The translations under genes were made by a program, and so were the position numbers. A stretch of 64,000 nt of DNA, from the IMG/VR virus record IMGVR_UViG_3300022822_000010; one strand, 5' to 3'. Source of the stretch: an uncultured virus (IMG/VR IMGVR_UViG_3300022822_000010). Its lineage: Duplodnaviria; Heunggongvirae; Uroviricota; Caudoviricetes. Under the pieces are notes generated by a model. It was not told where the DNA came from. It did not search any database and saw only the letters and a program-made list of their open reading frames with translations. This document shows positions 50,899 through 59,014 of this stretch, piece after piece (the first letter of the stretch is position 1; every line of letters begins with the position of its first letter).

Positions 50899-51780
50899 CT
50901 AAATGTTATCCAAGTAATTCGAAACCCAAACCAAACGCTCTTGCTCGCTCAACGCTGTAAACTCTTCTATATTAGCGCGAATATGATCGATCAACGGGTA
51001 ATATTCTTCATCGACTATTTGCTTAGCTTTCTGACCCAATAGTTTATCGGTGTTAGGGTTACGCGCAACATACTTTTTAACCAGATAGTGCGGTGACTTA
51101 ATTTTAGCCGACACTCCATCACAATCGTAAAATACAAAACCTTCGTGCTTCACGGTCTTAGATAATGCGACCAACTCGCTAAGTAACATCATTATACCGT
51201 CTTCGTTGAAGCAACCAAAGTCTATAGCGAGGAATGGGCAATTTGATGTATAAGTAGGAGAACACCAACGTTTTCTTCGATAACCTATAAGATACATACC
51301 AACCTCTTCGGGTACGATATGCGGGTCACTTGGATGTACGCACTCGAACATGAAGGTAGTGTTAGGCATAAACTTACAAACACGTTTGTATCGTTCTACA
51401 TCAATCATATCGCGAATGTAATCGCAGAAGTCTGAGTCAGTTGAACCCGTAGTGGATATCAAAATATCATTATTATGCCAAGTAATCGTAGCCATAAAAC
51501 CGTTAATCTTGCGGCAGGCTTCTACAAGCTCATGCTCATCAAACTTAGGGCATTTGTCTTCAATACCGTAATTATAAATCTTGGTAAACGGGTAAGATAT
51601 GATATTGAAATCTTCGTCAACGATAGTACCCCGACAATGCTCAAGATACTCATTCCAAAGCCCTTTGTAGAATACTTTCTTGGTGTACTTTAATATATAC
51701 ATACCTTCACCACACGGCTTCATTTTCACAAGCTGAGGGTTATCTAACACATATTGTTTTAGTTCAGTTTGAAAGCTCAT
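50899..51780 (-). CDS. rnlA: RNA ligase 1 (RnlA family)
   Basis: EHCRG...YPFTKIYN, KINGF (motif I), FECVHP, HEGFV, KIKSPHY motifs. Confidence 0.85.
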   Translation of the reverse strand: MSFQTELKQYVLDNPQLVKMKPCGEGMYILKYTKKVFYKGLWNEYLEHCRGTIVDEDFNIISYPFTKIYNYGIEDKCPKFDEHELVEACRKINGFMATITWHNNDILISTTGSTDSDFCDYIRDMIDVERYKRVCKFMPNTTFMFECVHPSDPHIVPEEVGMYLIGYRRKRWCSPTYTSNCPFLAIDFGCFNEDGIMMLLSELVALSKTVKHEGFVFYDCDGVSAKIKSPHYLVKKYVARNPNTDKLLGQKAKQIVDEEYYPLIDHIRANIEEFTALSEQERLVWVSNYLDNI

Positions 51781-52085
51781 AATAATGTCTCTGCTTTAGT
51801 ATTTAATAATGATACCAAGGCATCATCCATATAATCATAATCATCGGGAACGCCCCAAACTTGAACCTTTATCCTACTACCACGGAATCGCTTCACAAGC
51901 TTAGTTTTGTGGCTGGTCTCCATACAAACCACGATAGCTGCCCAGTCCACCATTTCTTTGGTGACAGGCTTGTCGGCTTGAGAATCCAGACCACCGTAAT
52001 CACACGGGCGGGCAACGGCTTGTAGGCAATGAGCAGCGGTTTTGCTACGTAATCTAGCCATACTACAAACAAATAGAACATTCAT
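51777..52085 (-). CDS. Low-molecular-weight phosphatase-like protein
   Basis: VLFVCSMARLRS (Cx5R), WAAIVVCME..H, VPDDYDYMD. Confidence 0.8.
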   Translation of the reverse strand: MNVLFVCSMARLRSKTAAHCLQAVARPCDYGGLDSQADKPVTKEMVDWAAIVVCMETSHKTKLVKRFRGSRIKVQVWGVPDDYDYMDDALVSLLNTKAETLL

Positions 52086-52152
52086 AATTTAATCTCTCTA
52101 TCAATTAAGTAACTATTATACCTTACTTCTTCCCTGAAGTAAAGCTTTATTT

Positions 52153-52704
52153 TTAATGATGAGGTTTTATTTCGCCTTTCATTGCTTCTTCGATAGCAGC
52201 ACCCATCTCAACTAGAAGATGACCCGTAGCATCATAGCCCATATCACGAACCCGATAATGCTCAAGACCTGATACAGCGCCGTGAAGATGACCGTGAAAG
52301 TGTACCGCGCCTCTATGCTGCTTATCAAACGTAGCAATCGGATAATGAAACATTACAACAAATGTCCCATCGTAAACAATAGTAAGATAATCGTGAATAC
52401 TATCAAACGCATCACGAAACTCTTTATTATGACGAATAATCTCATGATCGTGATTACCTTTAACTAGGATAAGACGACCATTTAATCGGTTAACAATAAC
52501 CGCCGACTTAATCGCAGAGCCAAAACAAACGTCCCCAAGGATATAAACTACGTCTTCTTCGTTGACAATATTGTTCCACTCTTCGATCATACTCTCGCGC
52601 ATGTAGTCGATATCACCGTAATATTTGCCGCGTGTTTCAGGGCAAAATTTAAGGATATTTTTATGACCAAAATGTAGGTCACTCGTGATATAGGTCTTGC
52701 TCAT
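52153..52704 (-). CDS. Calcineurin-like metallophosphoesterase
   Basis: SDLHFGH, LGD, GNHD, HYP, HGHLH motifs. Confidence 0.9.
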   Translation of the reverse strand: MSKTYITSDLHFGHKNILKFCPETRGKYYGDIDYMRESMIEEWNNIVNEEDVVYILGDVCFGSAIKSAVIVNRLNGRLILVKGNHDHEIIRHNKEFRDAFDSIHDYLTIVYDGTFVVMFHYPIATFDKQHRGAVHFHGHLHGAVSGLEHYRVRDMGYDATGHLLVEMGAAIEEAMKGEIKPHH

Positions 52705-52710
52705 AATATT

Positions 52711-53229
52711 CTACTCAGCAACAATTATTGAATCAAAGCCTTCGTCAAGTGAAGGCTCTTCAAGTGAGTGTATCATTTTTTTCAGTATAGGCCGTGGAAT
52801 AGTTTTACAACAGTTTTCGACCACTCTGGAATCAAGTCTGGCATCGTGAACTTTTGTCTCAGGCGTTTTAAAATATACCGCAATCTTTTTATATTCCGGG
52901 AGTTTGGCCAACTTCTTTGCTCGACTCTTTACTGTCAAGTTTGTTTGATCCCATATAATGTTGTTTCTAAACTTTTTGGCATTGACTAACTTATTAGCCA
53001 TCACTGTCTGAGCCATACCGATACTTGAATGGAACAACTCGTCATAGGTCATATTGTATGTATAGCCAATACGTTCGATAATATTATCAGTACTTAACAG
53101 TATCACTTTACCTAGATCTTTGGTTATGTCGCCTACATTAGTTTTGTACCAAAACGACTTACCCGAAGCGGGGACGCCTATTAACATATAAAGGGTTGGT
53201 TCGCGCTCCTGTACGATATTTTTTTCCAT
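52711..53229 (-). CDS. P-loop kinase (AAA_33; polynucleotide-kinase-like)
   Basis: GVPASGKS, LSTD, WDQTNL...R, P..DEGFD motifs. Confidence 0.85.
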   Translation of the reverse strand: MEKNIVQEREPTLYMLIGVPASGKSFWYKTNVGDITKDLGKVILLSTDNIIERIGYTYNMTYDELFHSSIGMAQTVMANKLVNAKKFRNNIIWDQTNLTVKSRAKKLAKLPEYKKIAVYFKTPETKVHDARLDSRVVENCCKTIPRPILKKMIHSLEEPSLDEGFDSIIVAE

Positions 53230-53873
53230 TATAATAATTCCTGTATTATATAAGTTGCTACCGCTACGTTTAAAACGGCAAACCAAAATGGGTAGAACAA
53301 TTTTTGAGTAACTTCTCCAAGTTGGGTATCGTATAAATTATTTTTCTTGTATCTTACGTATTCAAAAACGTTACAGTTTTTCCAAACTTTATCGGTTTTT
53401 TCTTTGTATTGAAACCCAAACCTTCGCATAAACATTTTCTCATTTAAGATATAATTATACCCCTTTCGGGGCATAGAGTAAAGAACTTTCTTAGACTATT
53501 TTAGAATAAGAGTGTGTAATTATATAATAGATTATCGGGCTTCTTGCTCTATTAATAGCTCGGTTTCTCGCTCCGCGATATTAACTAGAATATGCGCCGC
53601 AGGAACGTATCTATTACTAGTGATAGCGGCAAAGAAATCTAGCGCCCAACGGAATAAATATTCATCTTTCGGGAACTTTTCGGTTTTACCTTCGCAATCG
53701 GTTTCGTATATCACTAAAGTCTCATCTAGTTTACCACAAGCGCAAGTATCCCAACCTAACGCATCCTTACGGTCCGTTGCGGTGAATCCTTTATTTCGTT
53801 CCGCATTAAGGATTCGTAGACCCCAATCGCTATTTAATAATTCGGTTTCTTGAAATGCTTTTGTTACGTTCAT
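53229..53873 (-). CDS. Two hypothetical proteins (53229 to about 53435; 53532-53873), each behind an early promoter
   Basis: Promoters at 53454 and 53903. Confidence 0.55.
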
Positions 53874-53960
53874 AATATAGTCTCTCTATCAATTAAGTAA
53901 CTATTATACCGTAATCGAAGGATAAAGTAAAGAACTTTCTTAGAACGTTTTAGAATAAAG

Positions 53961-54055
53961 GAGGGAGGTTTTGATAATTGGCTTTGCGAGGTGGTCACTT
54001 AAGCCCGACTACTCAATTGGTGGCCACCAATCTTTTATCACCCATCTTCTCCCTC
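53961..54055 (-). ncRNA. Candidate structured RNA at the 3' end of the tRNA cluster
   Basis: Nested inverted repeats GAGGGAG/CTCCCTC, TGATAA/TTATCA, ATTGG/CCAAT, GGTGGCCAC/GTGACCACC. Confidence 0.5.
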
Positions 54056-54113
54056 ATACGGGAGCGTTTTGTAATCTCCGTGTACTTAGGATACATTTAA
54101 ACTATCGCAAATC

Positions 54114-54189
54114 TGGTGCTCAGTCAGGGAGTCAAACCCCGATTACCCGCTTAGAAGGCGGGTGTTTTGTTCAATTAAACTAACCAAGC
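54114..54189 (-). tRNA. tRNA-Arg(TCT), atypical D and T loops
   Basis: Cloverleaf; CCCGC-CTTCTAA-GCGGG; T-loop TTTGACT; encoded CCA. Confidence 0.8.
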
Positions 54190-54210
54190 GAAAACTTTTA
54201 AAAGATATTA

Positions 54211-54286
54211 GGGTAATCGACGGGGTTCGAACCCGCATAATCTTGATTCACAGTCAAGGGCATTACCTAATCTGTCAAAATTACCC
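54211..54286 (-). tRNA. tRNA-His(GTG), no encoded CCA
   Basis: CTTGA-CTGTGAA-TCAAG; GGTTCGAACC T arm; G-1:C73. Confidence 0.8.
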
Positions 54287-54306
54287 TAATAACTCTTTCT
54301 TTAAAA

Positions 54307-54382
54307 TGGCACGCCTAGCTGGATTCGAACCAACAACCGACCGCTTAGACAGCGGATGTTCTTCCAATTGAACTATAGGCGT
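54307..54382 (-). tRNA. tRNA-Arg(TCT) with G33
   Basis: CCGC-TGTCTAA-GCGG; normal D and T arms; CCA. Confidence 0.75.
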
Positions 54383-54401
54383 ATTACAAACTAACTTAAA
54401 A

Positions 54402-54478
54402 TGGTAGACCCGAAGAGATTCGAACTCTTAACCATCGGCTTAAAAGGCCGGTGCTCTAACCAATTGAGCTACGGGTCT
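54402..54478 (-). tRNA. tRNA-Lys(TTT)
   Basis: CGGC-CTTTTAA-GCCG; CCA. Confidence 0.92.
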
Positions 54479-54483
54479 ATAAA

Positions 54484-54561
54484 TGGTGCGCTGAAGAGGA
54501 CTCGAACCTCTGACACTCTGGGCTTCAACCAGATGCTCTACCAAAACTGAGCTACCAACGC
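54484..54561 (-). tRNA. tRNA-Phe(GAA)
   Basis: TCTGG-TTGAAGC-CCAGA; CCA. Confidence 0.9.
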
Positions 54562-54574
54562 ATGTTCTTTAAAA

Positions 54575-54650
54575 TGGCGCCACTGAGGGAATTCGAATCC
54601 CTAACCTTCACGCTGACAACGTGCTGCTCTACCAGTTGAGCTACAGCGGC
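54575..54650 (-). tRNA. tRNA-Asp(GTC)
   Basis: CACG-TTGTCAG-CGTG; G73; CCA. Confidence 0.9.
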
Positions 54651-54657
54651 AATAAAA

Positions 54658-54732
54658 TGGTGTCCCCTAGGAGAATCGAACTCCTGTTACTAGGATGAAA
54701 ACCTAGCGTCCTAACCGCTAGACGAAGGGGAC
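54658..54732 (-). tRNA. tRNA-Glu(TTC)
   Basis: CTAGG-TTTTCAT-CCTAG; GTCCCCTTCGTCTAG start; CCA. Confidence 0.92.
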
Positions 54733-54800
54733 GTACTAATTAAAAACCAAACGCCGCGCAAGTGGGCTAACCCTATCAGCATTGGTGCTGGTCTTTAAAA

Positions 54801-54875
54801 TGGTTGCGGGTGTGGGTAACGATCCCACTATTTTCGGCTTATGAGGCCGACGACTCGCCATTTGTCTTACCCGCA
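54801..54875 (-). tRNA. tRNA-Met(CAT), initiator-like
   Basis: TCGGC-CTCATAA-GCCGA; TGCGGG/CCCGCAACCA acceptor; atypical T-loop ATCGTTA. Confidence 0.8.
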
Positions 54876-54881
54876 TTAAAT

Positions 54882-54957
54882 TGGCTGGTGTAGTAGGCTT
54901 CGAACCTACAACCTTCCGGTTAACAGCCGGATGCTCTACCAATTGAGCTATACACCA
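54882..54957 (-). tRNA. tRNA-Asn(GTT)
   Basis: TCCGG-CTGTTAA-CCGGA; G73; CCA. Confidence 0.92.
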
Positions 54958-54979
54958 AAATCACTTAATAATTTAAATC

Positions 54980-54987
54980 TATTTATA
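54980..54987 (-). promoter_or_regulatory. T4-type late promoter upstream of the tRNA cluster
   Basis: Exact TATAAATA about 23 nt before tRNA-Asn. Confidence 0.65.
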
Positions 54988-54992
54988 CGTTC

Positions 54993-55208
54993 CTATTTCT
55001 CTAGAATGACGAATTCACCAAAATATTCATCAAAAACAGAAATTAGATTATCATAATCTTTATCCATAGTGAGGCGTTTAAACTCTTCAAAACTTTGCCC
55101 GGTCTGTCGGCAATATTGCTGCGCCCTTGCTAAAAGACTAAAAGCATTTCCATCAGGGCCAGTAAGGTCAATGATTACTATCTGATTAATTAATTTGTCT
55201 CGAATGAT
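54993..55208 (-). pseudogene. Conserved phage hypothetical ORF with ATC in the start-codon position
   Basis: Open frame IRDKLINQIVIIDLTGPDGNAFSLLARA...YDNLISVFDEYFGEFVILEK*; the cassette RBS context ends TATATTATC instead of TATATTATG. Confidence 0.55.
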
Positions 55209-55274
55209 AATATAAACTCTCTTCTCGATTAACTAAGTACCTATTATACTATATCTACATTAGAAAGTAAAGCT

Positions 55275-56588
55275 TTATTTTCGTTTTTTAATAAATAATT
55301 TTATCAGATCAATAACAATTACCGAAAACAACCATACAACATATACTATAAACAAGCAAGCCCATAACACTAAAAACGGCGATTCCATATAGCCTCTGCT
55401 TACTGCTTCAAAACTTGTCACACAATTATCACCGAGTAGCCTAATGTATGTTCAAGTTGAGCCAAGGTCATAGTGATCGGCCTTAACCCTTGGATTTCAT
55501 TCTCAAGGCGATCTAGCTTTTTTAAGGCGACATTGACCGCATCGCGATTCTCATCAAGTCGTTCTATAATATCATAGCCCTCATTTTGAAGCCTAGTTAC
55601 TGATCGCCTTAGTCTAAGATGCTTCATTTGCATCAATCTTAAATTAGGTTTCCTCATTACAACCCTCTCGATTTCGATCTTTTAACTTCCATCTACCCAT
55701 TTCTATATCAACCACCTTACTCTCGATTTGATCTTGAAGTATTTTAATATCAAGAGAATGAGCAGCAATCTGTAAAGTTAATTCACCCACTTCGTGAGTT
55801 TCGCTTCTGACATACATTATAAGCTCTTGTGTAGTGCATGTTTGAAAATTAATCATTATGACATTTCCTCTCTAGGTCTTTTTGAATCGACGAAGCTTTG
55901 CGATTGTGACGTTCTGGTAACTATGTCTAGTCAACATTTTATTATCCTCCACTAAATCTATCGGTTGGTTCACTTCTTAGCTGCCAATCATGAAAAGATT
56001 TAAACTCTCCATTTTTAACTACGACTATCGAAGTCCGAGTTTCTGGGTTAGTCCCTACGACCAAACCAACGTTTCTTTCCCCGATAAAGGCGTCTCGACC
56101 TACTTGTATTTTGTAGGTCTCGGTTATCGTAACAGTTATATCATTTGCAACTCTAGATAACTTTTGTTCTTCTTTTGCTTTCTCTTCATTTAGCTGAGAA
56201 TAAGCTTCAGCGTATAGATTACTCATGTTATTTGTCCTTTAATCGTTTTAATATAGGGATCAAGACATCTTTATGAGCCTCGCAGAATTCTTCAGGAGTA
56301 GGGTCAAGCTTTTTGGTTTCTGGAACAAGGACGACTTCTTTGTTCTTGTTTATAGCTTCGTATACTTTACCCCAAACATCATTCATCATGTTAAATACTC
56401 TCTCTTAATTTTTGTATACGCAAAGCTATATCAGCCATATGTGGGTTCTCTGTTAAAAATTCTAACAAATCTTCGGTCGATACAGGCCCGTCTTGTTTAC
56501 CCCACAACTCGCAGGAAGTGTAGCAATCAAAGAAATTTTCTATTTCCTTACTCATTTTAGATATAGCAATAACGCTTTCTGCTTTCAT
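55275..56588 (-). CDS. Operon of small hypothetical proteins (55275-55388, 55418-55657, 55644-55856, 55942-56226, ~56228-56389, 56391-56588)
   Basis: Packed ORFs behind the promoter at 56620. Confidence 0.55.
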
Positions 56589-56660
56589 AATGTATTCGCT
56601 CTTGACCAATTGAGTACCTATTATATCGTAGATATTCACTAAAGTAAAGCTTTATTTTGC

Positions 56661-57248
56661 TCAATTAGAAAATACTTTCAATACTATGCGTTTTGTACGC
56701 CCTGAATCGAACTCTATAAAAGGGGCATACTTTAGAAGACGACTTTTTATATCAGGCCAAAGAATAGTATCATTGATATCTTTATCAACTCGCCCTATAA
56801 ACCCTAATAACTTATTCATGATCACAACGGTTTCAATGCCTATTTCTTCAGCCAAATACGCCTTCACGATAGGGGGCAGTTGCCCATTCTCGCTTTTGAA
56901 TAACTTATCGAATGACCCAAACTCTTCTTCTAGCTTCATGAGATCTTCTTCAAGTAAGTAACCAAGCGACTCATATCGCTTTAGCCACTCATCATACGTA
57001 TTTTCATCTTTGAGCATATCCCCAATCCAAGATGACCCGTTAACGAAGTGCGATACATAGAAATTTATAAGGCCTTGTCTATCGTTAAACTTTTTGCCTG
57101 CTTTGGCAAAAAAATACTTATCCCGCCGGTTCCAAAAAGATCGCTGCGTTACCCTCGTCTTAAAGTTATACTTGACAGCATCATAACTTTTTGTTTCGAA
57201 GTGAAGCTTCAGCGCACTGTAAATAGAGTATGAATCAAATGGTTCCAT
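56661..57248 (-). CDS. gp59: Helicase loader gp59
   Basis: YSALKLHF...YDAVKYN...F.NRRDKYFF...IETVVI...KYAPF motifs; adjacent to gp33. Confidence 0.9.
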   Translation of the reverse strand: MEPFDSYSIYSALKLHFETKSYDAVKYNFKTRVTQRSFWNRRDKYFFAKAGKKFNDRQGLINFYVSHFVNGSSWIGDMLKDENTYDEWLKRYESLGYLLEEDLMKLEEEFGSFDKLFKSENGQLPPIVKAYLAEEIGIETVVIMNKLLGFIGRVDKDINDTILWPDIKSRLLKYAPFIEFDSGRTKRIVLKVFSN

Positions 57249-57249
57249 A

Positions 57250-57474
57250 TTAAATAGGAAGCGAATTCCCGCCTTTTATGTAATTTTTAGAAATGGCTTC
57301 AGCTTCGAGTTTATCTCTTACTGCGTTAGAAATTAGTTGGGACGTGCTTGAAGGGTCCGTATTAGTCTCTTCGCAAAGAGCTAATATAGCATCAATATAC
57401 CCCAACCCTTCATCTTTAACTTTACTCTCAACATTCATAGAGAAAGCTTTCTTAGATATAAATTCCGCAAGCAT
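57250..57474 (-). CDS. gp33: Late transcription coactivator gp33
   Basis: FSMNVE...YIDAIL..CEE...LIS...DKLEAEA...LPI pattern. Confidence 0.85.
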   Translation of the reverse strand: MLAEFISKKAFSMNVESKVKDEGLGYIDAILALCEETNTDPSSTSQLISNAVRDKLEAEAISKNYIKGGNSLPI

Positions 57475-57759
57475 CTAGATATTTTCTCCCGATTTAAAAT
57501 CAAATACATTCTCTGCTTTGAACGAGCGCCAGCCCATAGCTAAAGTATCGAATACAGGCACGACATTAGACTCTTTCATCGCCTTCGCTTTTTCTGGAGT
57601 TGGGTCAGGTTTCGGTTCATTTTTAGGAGCAAACTCAGCCGGGATTAACTTGCTGTTAAGCGTGCAAGTCATCACCCGCTTGTCGCCATTTACTTTAGTA
57701 AAAGAGACCACACAAGAACCCTTACGCAACTTCGAAACTAACTCATCTTTATTAAACAT
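57475..57759 (-). CDS. WYL_2/DUF2693-like SH3-fold protein
   Basis: VSFTKVNGDKRVMTCTL...VFD....GWRSF motif. Confidence 0.75.
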   Translation of the reverse strand: MFNKDELVSKLRKGSCVVSFTKVNGDKRVMTCTLNSKLIPAEFAPKNEPKPDPTPEKAKAMKESNVVPVFDTLAMGWRSFKAENVFDFKSGENI

Positions 57760-57791
57760 AATTATCTTCCTATTTATCAATTAAGTACCTA

Positions 57792-57995
57792 TTATACTAC
57801 CTTTTCATTTAAAAGTAAAGCTTTATTTACTTTTTTAAGCTTGGCCCCCGCACCAATTAACCCGTTATGAGAAGCCGACAGCGGACAATATGTGATGCCA
57901 GCTTTCCAGTACAAATCTAAGTCTTTACAATAATACAAACCCTTATCTATTTCTTCAGAAGAATGATACGAGAATGCTAAATGCCTGTTATTCAA
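57792..57995 (-). CDS. Hypothetical protein
   Basis: Coupled ORF whose 3' end contains an early promoter. Confidence 0.45.
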   Translation of the reverse strand: MNNRHLAFSYHSSEEIDKGLYYCKDLDLYWKAGITYCPLSASHNGLIGAGAKLKKVNKALLLNEKVV

Positions 57996-58180
57996 AATAT
58001 GTTACCCCCAAATTTTAGTTGTTTATCTTCACGAGCTAGTCGGTCAACTTCGTAAGTTGACAGAGTACCCTCTATCACCGCCACCCGATAATGAAACTGC
58101 TCTTCAGTAATATGAGCCTTCATAAATAAGTCTATTAGATCTTCCATACCTCGGGCGATTTTGTTATCTGATTCGATCAT
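57992..58180 (-). CDS. Small protein ending in LKFGGNIF, the same C-terminus as the Alt-like ART
   Basis: AGGA RBS; direct comparison with 59015-60838. Confidence 0.65.
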   Translation of the reverse strand: MIESDNKIARGMEDLIDLFMKAHITEEQFHYRVAVIEGTLSTYEVDRLAREDKQLKFGGNIF

Positions 58181-58189
58181 GAGTTTTCC

Positions 58190-58444
58190 TTAGTTCCAAT
58201 CGTTATCGCGGCCAACGGTTTCTTGATGAGCATCACCATAAAACTCTTTAGCATAAGCCGACGAGTCTGTGTAATGATTATAATTCTCATCCATCTTATC
58301 GAGCATCTTATCTATCTTCTTTGTTTCGCGGCGACTATGAGCTTTCGAAGCTTCAACGCCGGTCTTATTAGCAAGGCGCTCTTTAAACACTATGCGGTTA
58401 TCTAATTTCTTCGCTACTTTCGCAATCATTTCTAGTCTATTCAT
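58190..58444 (-). CDS. Hypothetical protein
   Basis: First ORF after tandem early promoters. Confidence 0.6.
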   Translation of the reverse strand: MNRLEMIAKVAKKLDNRIVFKERLANKTGVEASKAHSRRETKKIDKMLDKMDENYNHYTDSSAYAKEFYGDAHQETVGRDNDWN

Positions 58445-58704
58445 ATATTTTTCTCTTCTCTAGTTAAGTAGTAATTATACGCTTATTTGTTAATAAAGTA
58501 AAGCTTTTTCTTAGACCGATTAGTTATAATAAACTAACTTATTATCTAATGTTTATCGCTTGTGTTTCGATCAATTAAGCATTAATTATACGCGAGTTAA
58601 CGCATAAAGTAAAGATATTTCTTATACCGTTTTGTACTAAAAAACTTAGTTTTTATATCTACCTAGAATAAGGTAGGTTTACCCCCTGAATAGAGGGTAT
58701 TTAG

Positions 58705-58974
58705 TTACGCACCACCAAAAAGAAAAGTCGTCGCCATCACAATCCCTGTGCTACAAATAGTTATACCAATCCACTGAACCGCTTTGGCTACTAGTTTCTG
58801 ATTAACCATTTCTATTTCTAAGTCGCGTAGTCGCGTAGGCATGTCGCTCATTTGATCCAGAAGTATAGTCATCCTATCAATCCCCCGCTCTAGATGAGTC
58901 ACCATACCCGCTAACCTATCTTCGTTGCTCTCAAGCCTGCGAAGCCGCTCTGTTACATCTCGTTCATCGCTCAT
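58705..58974 (-). CDS. Coiled-coil protein with a C-terminal TM helix
   Basis: Heptad pattern and hydrophobic C-terminus; late-promoter-like CTAAATA upstream. Confidence 0.6.
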   Translation of the reverse strand: MSDERDVTERLRRLESNEDRLAGMVTHLERGIDRMTILLDQMSDMPTRLRDLEIEMVNQKLVAKAVQWIGITICSTGIVMATTFLFGGA

Positions 58975-59014
58975 CGCGCTTTCGCCCCTTTACACACTTA
59001 CCCTATATTTAGCT

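Noticed and set aside
54307..54382. Reading this tRNA as Asp(GTC) or as a CTA amber suppressor
   Set aside because: Stem pairing CCGC/GCGG centres the 7-nt loop on TCT; genes here end normally at TAG, so there is no sign of recoding
53971..54942. ORFs at 53971-54183, 54162-54371 and 54736-54942
   Set aside because: They overlap tRNA and ncRNA genes and are spurious
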